A stretch of 64,000 nucleotides of DNA from positions 23,312,001-23,376,000 of the forward strand of contig NC_045713.1 of assembly GCF_009834535.1 (NCBI RefSeq). Direction: 5' to 3'. Every line of letters begins with the position of its first letter. Position 1 is the first letter of the stretch. Below, piece after piece: positions 1-11,670 of this stretch. The notes beneath the pieces were generated by a model. It was not told the DNA's origin and made no database searches. It saw only the letters and a list, made by a program, of their open reading frames with translations. Made by a program: the position numbers and the translations under genes. The DNA is from Camelus ferus (lineage: Eukaryota).

Positions 1-140
1 AGGATAAGCATCCTATCTCAAGGTCCTTAACGTAACCACGGCTGCAGAGTCGCTTTTGAATATGTAACATAACGTGCTCACTGATTCCAGGGATTAGCAC
101 GTGGGTGTTGGGGAGGGGCTCATTTATTCTGCCTGCCATG
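1..140 (-). mobile_element. MLT1 (MaLR) LTR terminal fragment
   Basis: 'aggataagcatcctatctcaaggtccttaacgtaaccacggctgcagagtc...ccagggattagcacgtgg...attctgcctgcca' resembles the reverse-complemented start of MLT1A-D; truncated by the window edge. Confidence 0.7.
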
Positions 141-210
141 ACTACCAGCACCCAGAATAGTGCCTGAAACAAAGTAAACTCATAATATTTGTCAAAAGAA
201 TGAATTGTGA
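140..210 (+). mobile_element. L2 3' end fragment
   Basis: 'cccagcacccagaatagtgcctgaaacaaagtaaactcataatatttgtcaaaagaatgaat' matches the typical L2 terminus. Confidence 0.6.
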
Positions 211-642
211 GCATTTAAAGACCAAATGTCTTTAAAGTGCATAGCAGGATACCCAGCACATGGATGAGACCTTGGTTTATGCTGTGCATTTTTTAAAGGC
301 ACACTCCCAACACTCAAGGGAAAATTAAAACAACAACAAAAACAGTACCACAAACAACAGCAACAAAAAGCCCAATAGCTCTCTTTCCCGGCTCACCAGT
401 GGGTGTTCTTTCCGGATGTTTACTTCTTGGTTACCCAGATCTAGCGCTCCTGCTGTGAAAGAAAGGGGCAGAGCTGTTTCAGTTGTGTAGCGCAGACCCT
501 CGCTAGCCTTCACATCAGAGTCTGCTTTTGACTAATTATATGCCTGAGGAAAGCTCTGCCCCTTTTTGAGTCATTAACCTTCCACTGTGAGTGATTCACA
601 GTGAGCCCCAAACCTAGGGGAGCTTTAAAAATAATGCAAATT

Positions 643-1079
643 TTAATGCCATTTGCAGCAACGTGGATGGACCTGCCAAGTAGAGAAAGACAAACACCAT
701 ATGATATCACTTATATGTGGGATCTGAAAATAGGACACAAGTGAACTTATTTAGAAAACAGAAACAGACTCATAGACAAAAAACAAATTTATGGTCACCA
801 AAGGGGAAAGAGGGGAGGGATAAATTGGGAGTTTGGGATTAGCAGATACAAACTACTATATACAAAATAGGTAGACAACAAGGTTCTACTGCATAGCACA
901 GGGAACCATATTCAATATCTTGTAATAATCTATAATTAAAAAGACTATGAAAAAGAGTGTGTGTGTGTATATATATATATATATACACACACATATATAC
1001 ATATATATAGTTTGCTGTACAGCAGAAACTAACACCACATTGTAAGTTAACTATACTTCAATAAAATAAAAAATAAAAT
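643..1079 (+). mobile_element. 5'-truncated artiodactyl-type L1 (3' end/3'UTR) with near-perfect TSD
   Basis: Contains 'atgccatttgcagcaacgtggatggacc...gggataaattgggagtttgggattagcagatac...ctatacttcaataaa' and an A-rich tail. Flanks are aaaataatgcaaatt (628-642) and aaaatatgcaaatt (1080-1093), at a TTT/AAAA site. Has an internal (TG)n(TA)n tract at ~957-1008. The flanks resemble an interrupted MER5-like element. Confidence 0.9.
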
Positions 1080-1689
1080 AAAATATGCAAATTCTCAACT
1101 CGGCAGCAGTGAGCTCTCAAGACCCTGTGATTTTTTTTCTTATTCACTAGTCCATCAAGTTGGGGAACAACCTGGGATATTCTTGGCTTGGATTGAACAT
1201 CCATGAGTTGGCCCCACCTTCTTGGCGCTTTCCCTTGATTCCTTGGACTTGCTAATGTGTTGTTTTAGACTGAGAGGTGGAGGGGATGAGAGGTCACACC
1301 TCATGGTCCCCACTGGTTTACCCTATCAGAAAACAAAGTGTGTCATGTGTTCAGAATCAAAACTTAGGGTGTCCACCACAGGGACACCAGCGTGGGAAGT
1401 CTGCTCTGACACTTCATTCCCTTCGAGAAATGATTTGGGAGGTCAGCTGCCGTGGGCTCTTGGTGGATGAGAGCACTTGAGTGTGTTAGCCTAAGGTCTG
1501 ATGCTCTTTTTGCATCCTTTTGGTTAAAAGTTCAGATTCATGCGCTAAGCTCAGCAACTCTGGCAGCCAATCTAAAGATGCCTTTGAGAGTAGTAACTGG
1601 GAGGTAACGGATCCCTTTTCCGGTTGTCTATAGAGATGAAAAGGAACGCTCTGGAGCCAGACGACCAGCGTTAAAATCTTGCACCCTGC

Positions 1690-1760
1690 AATGTAGTAGC
1701 TGTGTGACCTTGGGCAAGTGACTTCACTGATCTGTTCTTCTTTTCTTTCACCGTGAAGTG
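1690..1760 (+). mobile_element. MIR core fragment
   Basis: 'agctgtgtgaccttgggcaagtgactt' is the MIR core. Confidence 0.65.
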
Positions 1761-2374
1761 GAGATACACGCCATACATGTCTACCAGAGTGCTTACAAAG
1801 ACAAAATGAGTCAACACAGTGCAAGCACTTAGATCTATGCCTGATATGCATAGTAAAAGCTTGATAAAGGTTTGCTGGGATTCCATGACTGCCACGAATA
1901 TTCATAGTAAAAAGCAAACAGCCAGCACCGAACTGAAAAGGGTGTTCAGGGTAGCCATGGAGGTAGGAAAAAAGATCATCTCTTCTGAATAAATATTTCC
2001 CATAATATGTCCCTGGAAACACATCGTCTGCAAAAGATGTTAATAGGAGTTCTGAGTTACGGGGTACCACAGTCATAAATATTTGGGAAACTTCTCCTCT
2101 TGGAGATTTATGATGCACATCAGTATTTTAACATTACGGGTTCTGCTGGAGCTTGGAGTAGAGGAAGTAATTTGACTTTGTTGAATCCAGCTTGTCCCCA
2201 CCGTTTTTGACCACAGAACCTATGGTGGTTTGGTTTTCATTCGGTTGGCTGGTTGTGTTTGGTGGTGAGGGCGGGGGTGGGAGGCTGGGTGGTGAAGGTG
2301 GCTTTTATTGCTGTGCATTTGGGGTTCATAGCACCAATAATAGCTCTGAAAACGAGTGTTTTCTCTTAGCATTC

Positions 2375-2527
2375 TGTAGGGTTGTGCTCACGTTTAATGC
2401 GTGTGTGGGGATCTGATTAAAATACGGGTTCTGATTCAGTAGATGGGGATGGAGCCTGAGAGTCTGCATTTCTGCCTCGTTCCCTGGGGCTGCTGCTGGT
2501 CTGTGGGTGGTACATTGAGTCACAAGG
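2375..2527. mobile_element. MER5-family hAT-Charlie MITE
   Basis: 'ttctgattcagtagatggggatggagcctgagagtctgcatttct...gctgctgctggtc' is diagnostic of MER5A/B. Confidence 0.75.
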
Positions 2528-2829
2528 CTTCAGAAGCAGTCTCTTGTTGACAGGAAGAGGACATAAATGGAGACCATCAGGAGTGTTCAGTTACGTAACT
2601 GGGGGAGAGGACAGCCTTCGGCAGAGGCTCTCAGCCTTGACTGTGCACTGGAATTTACAAAGGACGGTTCAGAAGAGAAAACTGCTGTTGGCACTGCACC
2701 CCGAGAAATTCTGACTGAACAGGGTTGGAGATGGGTCCCTGGTGGATTTTTCACAAGCTTCCCAAGTGAGTCTAATGAGAGCCAGTGTGGAAACCCACTG
2801 GTTCGTGGGAAACCACTGGTTTTGTTAAA

Positions 2830-3075
2830 AGGGCTCATTTCTGGAGTCAGAGAGCCCGGTTCTCCATCCCAGCTCCAACTCAACCATGTGACTCTTAGTC
2901 ATTTAGTTAAATTCTCTGGGCCTCCGTTTCCCCATTTGTCGAGGGGGCAATAATGGTGCCGAACCTCGGGGAGTCTTTGTGAGGATTAAATGATGTGTTA
3001 GTGAACTGGAAGCCCAGTTTCTCACACATGGTAAGAGCTCCACAAACGTTAGCTACAGTAACAATTATTGTAATT
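2830..3075 (+). mobile_element. MIR
   Basis: 'ctctgggcctccgtttccccatttgt...tgtgaggattaaatga...cacatggtaagagctccacaaacgttagct'. Confidence 0.8.
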
Positions 3076-5789
3076 GCTATTATTGTTGTTATTTGGTAAC
3101 AGAGAGTCTTAGGTTGTTTTCTTTCTTTTTTTAATCTACTGAGATATTGCACTGGTCACATGCTAAAACCAGATCAACAGTGAACAGTGTTATATGTCTG
3201 TTGGGTACACATGTCCTGACCTGGGGACAGCTCACTTTTTTAGCCTAATCTGCCCCCAACAAGCGTTCCTTTAGGCTGTGATCTCCATGAGAACAGGCAA
3301 CCAGCTGTTTGAATTGAGTAGATGACGGTCACTGTTCCAAGGGGAGTTCTGTCACCTTCTGTCTGCACCCACTGGGTTATTTTAGGGACTGACAATGACC
3401 AGAGCGCCATGATAAAGAACTGAGCCACATTTTGGATGATTTACTCTAGTCATTTTATCAAGTGTTAATTCCCTTCTTAATTACAGAAGTCGATGTCCAA
3501 ATCTCATTTCTTGTTTTCTTTAAAATCAGCTGTGTTCCCTGCCCATTCCCACTATTCCACTCATATACTCCGAAACAAAATAGCTCTCTATTTTTCTGTC
3601 CTGTCTTTGTTCCTCCTGCTTTTGCCCTCCACCCTACTTCCTCCTCGCACTGTGGTCTGTGACCATTAGCAGTTTACTTATGGAAGTCCCAGTTCTAACT
3701 TCAGTTCATGGTCTTTCATATTGGACTGTCTATTGGTTTGTGATTTGGGGGACTGAAGGGGCGGTCTGTATGGTTTTATCTGCTTCTAATATCATGTGAA
3801 TAGAAGCGCTCAGTCATTTTCATGTTGTTGCACAACAAATGCATATTGGGTTCAAGTTCAACAGCAGAGTCTTCTGAGGTAACACAGGGAAGCAGACTCC
3901 GAGACTGTTTCTCCTCCTAGGCAGGGAGGAGAGCAAGACCTGTTCCCCTCACTATCATCCCCGTAAGATACACAGGTACCCGAGAGAACATCTGGAAACG
4001 AACTTGACAGATGCCCTTGGAAGGAAAGCACTACTTAACTCCCTGGCATTTCGAGTATCGTGAGAGTTTGAATTACGAACAAGCACACCCAAGCACATAA
4101 TCGGTTAAGGACACTTTCAAACTCATCATGGACACTGCTCACAGGCAAAATTAATTGTGCAGCTCCAATTGCGAGAGCCGTGGGGATTGGAGACCACAGC
4201 TACATCCATCTAATTCAGGAAGGACTTGAAATAGCTCCTGCATTTTCAGGACTCAGAAAAAGAAAAAAAGAAAAAAATGGAGCTTTTTCACATTTACCCT
4301 GAAGATGGAGCTATTTAACACTTTGGATGCTTTATGATTTTAAAATTTATAACTTTAAATTGACTTTGTTTTGAGACTGTAATCTTTTAGGATCTTGTTT
4401 TTCCCCTTTAATGTGATAATTGCTTCCCAATCAACAGAAATAAGAGTATTAAGAATATTTGGTTTTGGCTATGGTCATGGCAATCGGGACACCGGCCTGT
4501 GACCTTGCCCACATTTACAGAGGTCACTTTTCCTTGTTTACCATTTGCTCCCCACATCTATAGATTCAGGAAATTAGATATTTATTAAGTATTTTCCAAA
4601 TCTGTTTAGAACTCCCATCATTGATGGATTACTGCAAATGAAAGCATCTTTTAAAAGCAATGGGAAAGAGGGAATGTGTTTATTTCAGGTGCCCTTTTAT
4701 TGACCACAAGATTTTCATTGACTCTAGAATCTTTGAATCAGGAAGATCCTGAAGGTAACCAGTCTCCCTTCTCATGTAGTCCTTTAAGACTTTTATGTAT
4801 GTCCTGTTGTTAATTATCATGGCTGGAGTAACATACCTGCGTTTACTTACGTAACTCTCAGATCTAAGCTTAATTGAGCTGTTCAGCAGTGCCTTGTCTG
4901 TTTTCATTTGCGAATGAAGGTAAAGTAGATGCAGATTGGCATTTCCTGTCCTGAGGGACCCTCAGTTCTCATGGCTGAACCCCTTCTCATAAGCAGGACA
5001 AAATCCACAGCAAATTAGGGGCTGAAATATCTCACTTGGGACATTTACTGCCTATGTTGGGAAGGACTGAAGAAATACAGGTGTACTGCCCCAAGAAGCC
5101 ACCTGGACAGTTGTCGTGGGTTGGGCTTGGGTGAGACGTGATGATGTGTGAGTGAGAATGGCCCCGGAAGAGTGGGTGTCTTACTCCAGGGGGTGGACAG
5201 TGGACAGAGAACCCAGGTACAACCAGGTGCCGTGAAAGCAATGGCTGGGCGACTCTCGGATGTCTTAGATGAGGAGTGGGGACTACCTGGGGGCTGTTCG
5301 CTCCTTGAACTGTTCCAGACTCGGGTTCCCAGGCTTTGTGATTATGATAAACGGCATTTTCTTGAGAGCAGGTGTTGCCTTTGGTGGCCCTTCCACTTCA
5401 CTTTCTGGGAAGCTGGAGCCAGTCCCCTCTCCCGTGTCATCTGTGCCCCCTGCTGGGGCCATTTGAGTTTGCAGGTTGGCTTTGTTCTACCTTGTGACCT
5501 TGGGAGGAATCTAGGTGCTGGGGACCTGACTCTCAGATGCCTTGTATATGGGCCGTCCTTTAGGGGCTGAACTCCAGCATCCATCACCTCCATCTCACGG
5601 TCTGGAGCCCTGACTCAGCCCTGCTGGCTTAGAGGCTGTGGTCTGCTGCCCAGTCAGTATGGTGTCCATCTCACAGTTGGTATGACAACAACAATAGCTG
5701 TTATTATTACTGCTGCAATTACGTCTTCTCCCCCTCTTCCCCTGCTGTCTTGTATTATTATTGTTGCTTTTATTGTCATTATTTTTAGC

Positions 5790-5890
5790 TATTTATTACT
5801 GTAAAGCAGATTAACCCGAAACTTATTGTGTCGAAAGGGAACGACTTACTATCATTCATAATTTCTGTGGGTCAGCAGTTTGGGAGCTGC
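5790..5890 (-). mobile_element. MLT1-type LTR fragment
   Basis: 'acccgaaacttattgtgtc...ataatttctgtgggtcagcagtttggg' resembles old MLT1 LTRs. Confidence 0.45.
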
Positions 5891-5929
5891 CGAGTCGGGT
5901 TTCCTACTTTGTGTGATCGAAGATGTAGC

Positions 5930-7400
5930 TTATTTGTAGATGCGCTTTCTAAAGGGGTGATAGTTCCCCTCTTTTCTTAGATTGTTGAGTTTTTCTCATC
6001 ATGAAAGGATCTTGGGTTTTGTCAAATTCTTTTCCACATCTGTGGAGATGATCTTGTAGTTTTGTCTTTTAGTCCATCGTTGTCACATACTGCATTGACA
6101 GATTTTCATACAGTCATGGCGGAAAACTCTTTCTTATGTTGTTCGATTTGGTTTGCTAGTATCTTCTTGAGAGTTTTTGTATCTGTATTTACAATGGATT
6201 TTGGGTCTTAATATTCTCTTCTTGTGATATCTCTGTCTGGTTTTGATGTCAGGGTAAGACTGACCTCACTAAGTGATATAGTGGGATGTATCACCTCCTC
6301 TTCTATTCTTTCAGAAGAAATTTAGAAGTGTGGATGTTAATTCTGTAAAATTTCAGTGAAATCCACCAGTGGTGCCATCTGGACCTCAGTTTTTCTTTGC
6401 AGGAAGTTTATTGCTCATTAATTCCATTTCTTTACTTGGTATAGGTCTATTCAGATGTTCTGTTCCTTAGTTTTTGTAGTTTATATCTTTCTAGGAATTT
6501 TTCTATTTTATCTAGGTTATCTAAATTTTTTTGAACATACTGGTCCATAGTATTCCTATGTCCCTTTAATTTTATTCCCTATTCAGATTTTCTTTTGGAT
6601 TTCTCATTTGCGTATTTTGATTCTTAACTTTTTTTCCCTTTGGTTTCTTTGAACAGACTTATCATAATGTTTTAAAGTCTCTGCCTGCTAAATCCAACAG
6701 TTCAATCTTCTGGTGACAGATGGTATCTGTTGACTGCTTTTTTCCCTGAGTATTGGTCACAATTCTTGTTGTTTTTTTTTTTTTTTTTTTTTTTGCCTAT
6801 CTCATGCATTTTTGTTGAAAAGTAGATCCTTAGATCACATTATAGCAACTCTGGATTCTGATTCTTTTTGTTTATAAACTCACCTGGACTGAAGCTATGA
6901 ACTCTGTTCCCCGAGGGTCGATGGCCATGGAGATCTTTGTCCCCTCCTTCTTGTGGTGGTTCTGCTCTTCTGTTTTTAACCTTGGTTTCCAATGGCTTTC
7001 TCCACTGTCCATGTAGCCTAATGGCCAGCCAAAAACTGAATGAAGACTATGCTTGAAGACCTCCGAGGGCTGTAGGAAGGTTCTTGTCTTCTGTTGAGGG
7101 GTCCGTGTGGATCAAGGAAAGTGTATGCAGTGTTTGGGTCATTTTCATGTCTTCCCAAGTGTTTAGATTCTGTTGGGCCCACGGGCATCACTTCTTCTGC
7201 TCACTGCCTTGGGCATCACTCAGGACTATGTGGATAGCTCGGACCCTCTCCTGTCTTCCATGATCATGTTCACAACCACAATATGGAATATACTTGCCCT
7301 GACCACAGCCTCAGGCCAGGAAAGTCATTGGCTCTTTCCAGTTTCCCCCACTGAGACCATCACTCCTACCAACGCTGCTGCTGGAGATAGTCATTGCCCT
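5930..7400 (-). mobile_element. Old L1M-type fragment (ORF2 region plus probable 5' region)
   Basis: T-rich degenerate L1 antisense sequence: 'gttttgtcaaattcttttccacatctgtggagatgatc', 'tctggttttgatgtcagggtaa', 'ccagtggtgccatctggacc', 'tataggtctattcagatgttct'. The 6660-7400 part resembles L1M 5' sequence. Confidence 0.75.
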
Positions 7401-7629
7401 TCACCCCAAATCAAGTGAGCCCCTTTTGACTATGGCACCAGAGCTGTCAGGGCTTAGATCCTGCCCCACTCGGGCAGAGCCTTCGTGCCACCTGGGAGAT
7501 TTGAATAAACCTCTTAATGTGGTTTTATTTACCATATAATGCAATATTTTATTGACGCTTGTTTGCACTAATTTATTATTGAGGGAGGGAGGAAGAAAGG
7601 AAACCCAGAAATGTCAGATTAGATATATA

Positions 7630-8770
7630 TATTAATTCATTGACAAATATTGTTGAGCACTTACTAAAGACCTGGCAGTCTTTGAGAAAATAAAGACCAT
7701 AGTGTGAAAAAAACCAAAGCAAAAACCCGAACCAAAATTATTTCTCTTAAGAAACTTACATTCTACTGGAGATCGAGGTGGGGTGTAGGGGTCACACACA
7801 GGCGTATGCATAAAAAGAAATGACATAGGATGTCATTGCCATGAAGAAAAACAAAACAAGGTAAGGAGGCTAGGATCTGATGGATTGAGTGAAGGATGCT
7901 GTTTTGTTTGGGGTTCACGTGTCTGAGAAGGCACCTCTCACATGATATTTGAGTAAAGAGCTGAAGGTTGTGAGGAAGAGTTTTGGTGGGTAGACTGAAG
8001 TGCACAGACACTTGGCTGGATATTGCTTGTCACTGTTCACAGCCAGGAGGTCACTGTGGCCGAAGTGGGGGGAATGGGAGACAGGGCGTGGTACTAGATG
8101 ACACCAGAGAGTTAGCTGATGCAGGGCTTTGAAGGACATGGGATGGATTTGGGCTTTTTCTTTGAACAAGACAGGAAGTCATTCGACGATGTTCAGCAGA
8201 GGGACAGTGTGGCTGAGGCACATTTAAAAAGTAATACTCTGGCCATTGAGTGGAGGATGGATGTGGGACAGGGTGTGAGCAGGGAGGCCAGCATGGGGGT
8301 TAGAGAGCATTGCAACCATCCAGGTGAGAGATGACCAGGGTGGTAGCAATACAGGTGTGAGAATTCGTTGGAGTTTGGATCTATTTCCAAAGAGGAAACA
8401 GTAGACTTTGGTAATGAATTGGCTGGGTTGGGCCAAAGAGAGAGGAACCAGTGTGTTACTCCAGTTACTTTAGCCCAAGCATTTCAAAAATGGAAGTGCT
8501 GTTTCCAAGATGAATTGCAGGAGGAGCAGATTTTCAGGGAGGGAGAGGGGTTGGAGGAAGGGGAGATATTGGGGGTTCGTTTTTGAACATCTTCAGCATG
8601 AGTTGCATATTGGATTTCCAAGCAGGTATGTCCCAGAGAGAGTTGGTTCTTTGAGTCTGGAGGACAAGGAAGAAGTCTGGTGTGGAGATAGAAATTTAGG
8701 AGTTTCCATCACATAGATGGTATCTGACACCTTGAGACAGAACCAGATCGCACCCATCACCATGTGCACA
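7630..8770 (-). mobile_element. L2
   Basis: Starts with the L2 tail 'attcattgacaaatattgttgagcactta' and continues as purine-rich L2 antisense body ('aggaagtcattcgacgatgttcagcagaggga', 'actctggccattgagtggaggatgga'). Confidence 0.75.
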
Positions 8771-8789
8771 TGCCATAATATATGCAGCA

Positions 8790-9100
8790 TTAAAAAAAAA
8801 TCCCCTGTGACTTCACTTCCCCTCCATCTGCCACCCAGTTTCTCTCATCTCCTTTGCACAAAACTCTGAAATAAAATGTGTCTATATTTGCTATCATGTT
8901 TTCTCCTTCCATTCTCTCTTGAATTCTTTCCAGTGAGGCTTCCCTCCTGCCCACCTTCTGGGTGATCTCATCCTGTACAAGGCGTTCACTACTGACAATA
9001 AGCTGCTTTATGTCCATTTAACAAGGAGGAAACGGAAGCTCTGAGAGGTTAAGGCCACGGGAGTATTCCACCACAGAACTCAAAGCAGAGCCTCCCTCTC
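8790..9100. mobile_element. L2 fragment (+) followed by MIR fragment (-)
   Basis: CT-rich L2 body 'tgggtgatctcatcctgtaca', then 'aggaggaaacggaagctctgagaggttaag'. Confidence 0.5.
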
Positions 9101-9869
9101 CTGTCCCCAGCCTGCCTCTTTCCCCCCAAACCTGGTTCCCAAGGACAGAATAGCATCGTGTTTGCAAACAGGCAATGGGGAGAAGGTTGGCTTGATTGCC
9201 AGTTTACCCTGAACATTTTACAAATTCCTCGTAATTATGTAAATCAGATATGGTATCTCACCCCCATACATGGATGGGTTGAAATTGTTCAGGTCTATTT
9301 TCTGATAAGAAATAAAAAGTGTAGAAAGACTGTGGACTTGTTGCTGTGTTTTATTAAAGCATTATCATTTCAGAGAAATCACTGAATCTTTTGGAAGTGC
9401 ATGATGACGGCCTGGCTGGGGAATCTCAGAGCAGCGGGCAGGAGGAGACCCGTCCTTGATGTCCTGTGGAATAGGGCAGACAGGCGCCTTTCAGAGAAGG
9501 GTGGCAGAGTGTGTTATCCTCCTCAGAGCCGTGGACAGGCAGACCCACATCTTCTTTCTGGGCTGAACAGCTGTGACTTACAGTCGATCTGGTACTGCCC
9601 TGGCATTATTATTTCTCTGTCTTCCTTGGGTATTTGTTACTTGCCATGGAAGGGGGAGGGTCTCCCAGAGGACTTGAAAAATATGTGTTCTGACATGATC
9701 GTGTCTTTGTTTGCACTCATCTTGGCTGAGATCTTGTAGACACGACAGAGCAATGCCTTGCACATCAGAGCTGGTGAAATGCTTTTTATAGTTTATCGGT
9801 TCATCGCGGTAGGTTGAAAATACACTCATTTAGAGATTAGTTCGTTCAAAAAAATACATCGAGTGATGG

Positions 9870-11330
9870 CTCAGGGTGAGAGTGTGATGTTAGGGGCTGA
9901 TTTTTCTACATGAGCGAATTTGGACTGAGTTTGAAGAAGGAGAGGCTATGAATTGTCAAAGAGATATCTAGAAGGAAGTCTGCCTGAAGGGGCTGTTGGA
10001 TGCAGAGGCCTAGAGACAAGAACAAAGACACTGCCCATGAGGGTCTATGAAGATGTTTGCTTGGTTAAAAAGAGGACTGCACAAAGAGATGCTGAGGATG
10101 GAGATGATTATGGTTGGGGATGGGGAGGGAGAAGAGGACAGTGAGATCCAGGAGCAGAACTGGAACTTGCCTCCAGTTTCACGTTGAAAGCAGAGATGTG
10201 GAGAGATGGGCTTGGTGCGGACCATGTCATGGGCTGTACTTGGATGGAGTGTGGACCAGGGTGAGGAGAGACTGAAGTCAGGAAACACGATGGAAGCTGC
10301 CATAGCAATGGCTGTGTCTGGAGAGGATGCTGAGCCGGTCCAGGTGATGGGTGCAGGAGAGGTGGCACTGTTGGGACTGCTGGAGAGTGAGATAGAGGAC
10401 TAGATCAATCTTCTAAGCACCTGTTATTGGGTGATAACAGAATAATACCCCAGTGAAGGTGGGGCAGACGCTGGTGTGCAACGGCCCCAAGTGGGGAAAA
10501 TTTAGTCTTCATTCTAATATTGTCATGATCCCAGATCCCGGCAAGTCAGTGGATGTTTCTGCAACTCTGCTTCCTCATCTATTAAGTGTTAAACAGGTGA
10601 AGGGTATTGATTTCATATCCATTTGGCATGTTTTTGAGCATCAGTTACTATGATCAGGGAGGGGGGTGCAGTGGTACACCAGAGAAACACTTTTAGGATA
10701 GATTCTCAATTCAAAAGCCATTCTTGTACTTTGCCTTAAGCGCTTTGATGGGGGAAACATACGATGCTCCAGGACTATTGACAGGAGGTTAAGAAAAGCA
10801 TTTGGCATTCTTGAGGAAGTAACTTCAGATGGGAGTTTGAGTTTTAGTAGAGAGAAGAGTTGGTTGAGGCGATGAGAGGAGGGGAGGAGTGGAGGAATGA
10901 GGGGTTAGCCTAAGATGATAGCATATGCAATGACCCAGATGTGAGCCCAGGATGGAGATGAAGGGAGAAAAAGATGGGAAAGGAAAGGCAGGAGTCAGAC
11001 CGCCCAGCATCTTCTCAGCCACCTTAAATGGTGGGAACCTTAGGGCTAACTTGATCCCATGTGCATTTAGATTCCTCTGGCTGCTCTGTGGGAAGGAGAT
11101 TGGAGGAGACCAAATGGGAGTGGTGTGTATGTTAATCCAGGCTAGAGATCTGGACACAGGTAGTGCCTTTGGGAGCAGAGAGAGTAGATGAGTTTAATTC
11201 ATATTTAGGGGCCAAAACATACCTTGCCTGGTGACTGTTTGGGTACGTTGACCAGGTGGGCAATAGTGGAAGGCAGAGACAGGGAGGGGAAGACGAGATA
11301 ATGCTGAATTGTGTTTGGCAGACACCGAGG
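9870..11330 (-). mobile_element. Old L2 fragments (discontinuous)
   Basis: Purine-rich L2 antisense motifs at ~9870-10420 and ~10820-11330 ('gcatttagattcctctggctgctctgtgg', 'aatccaggctagagat'). Confidence 0.5.
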
Positions 11331-11529
11331 AGAAGAGAGCTTTCCTGTCTAGATCTGGTACCTCTTAGAAGGTTACTAATATTTAGACTTTTGCATGTAT
11401 TTATTCTGAACTATTCTCATTATGCCATAGAAAATCTTTCAACATATACATGCCTGAAATATGTATCTTTTACACACATGCGCACACATACGAAGACCCC
11501 CCCCCCGACACATACATACGTATCTGAAA

Positions 11530-11670
11530 CGAAAACCACCAAAGCATCAACCGTGGTTATCTCAAGCAGGCAGACTGTGGGTGATTTATTTTTATGTTTC
11601 CCTCTATTTGTCTAATTTTCTACCATGAGAAATCAAGTTTTTACTCCTCAAGAGCAAGAAACAATGAAAG
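11530..11670 (+). mobile_element. L1ME-type 3' end
   Basis: 'accaaagcatcaaccgtggttatctc...gtgggtgatttatttttatg...aattttctaccatga' matches L1ME3/4 termini. Confidence 0.65.

Noticed and set aside
1486-2118. Longest ungapped ORF (210 aa, minus)
   Set aside because: Starts at a non-ATG codon, crosses a MIR fragment, has no recognisable domain or coding-like composition; consistent with a chance ORF.
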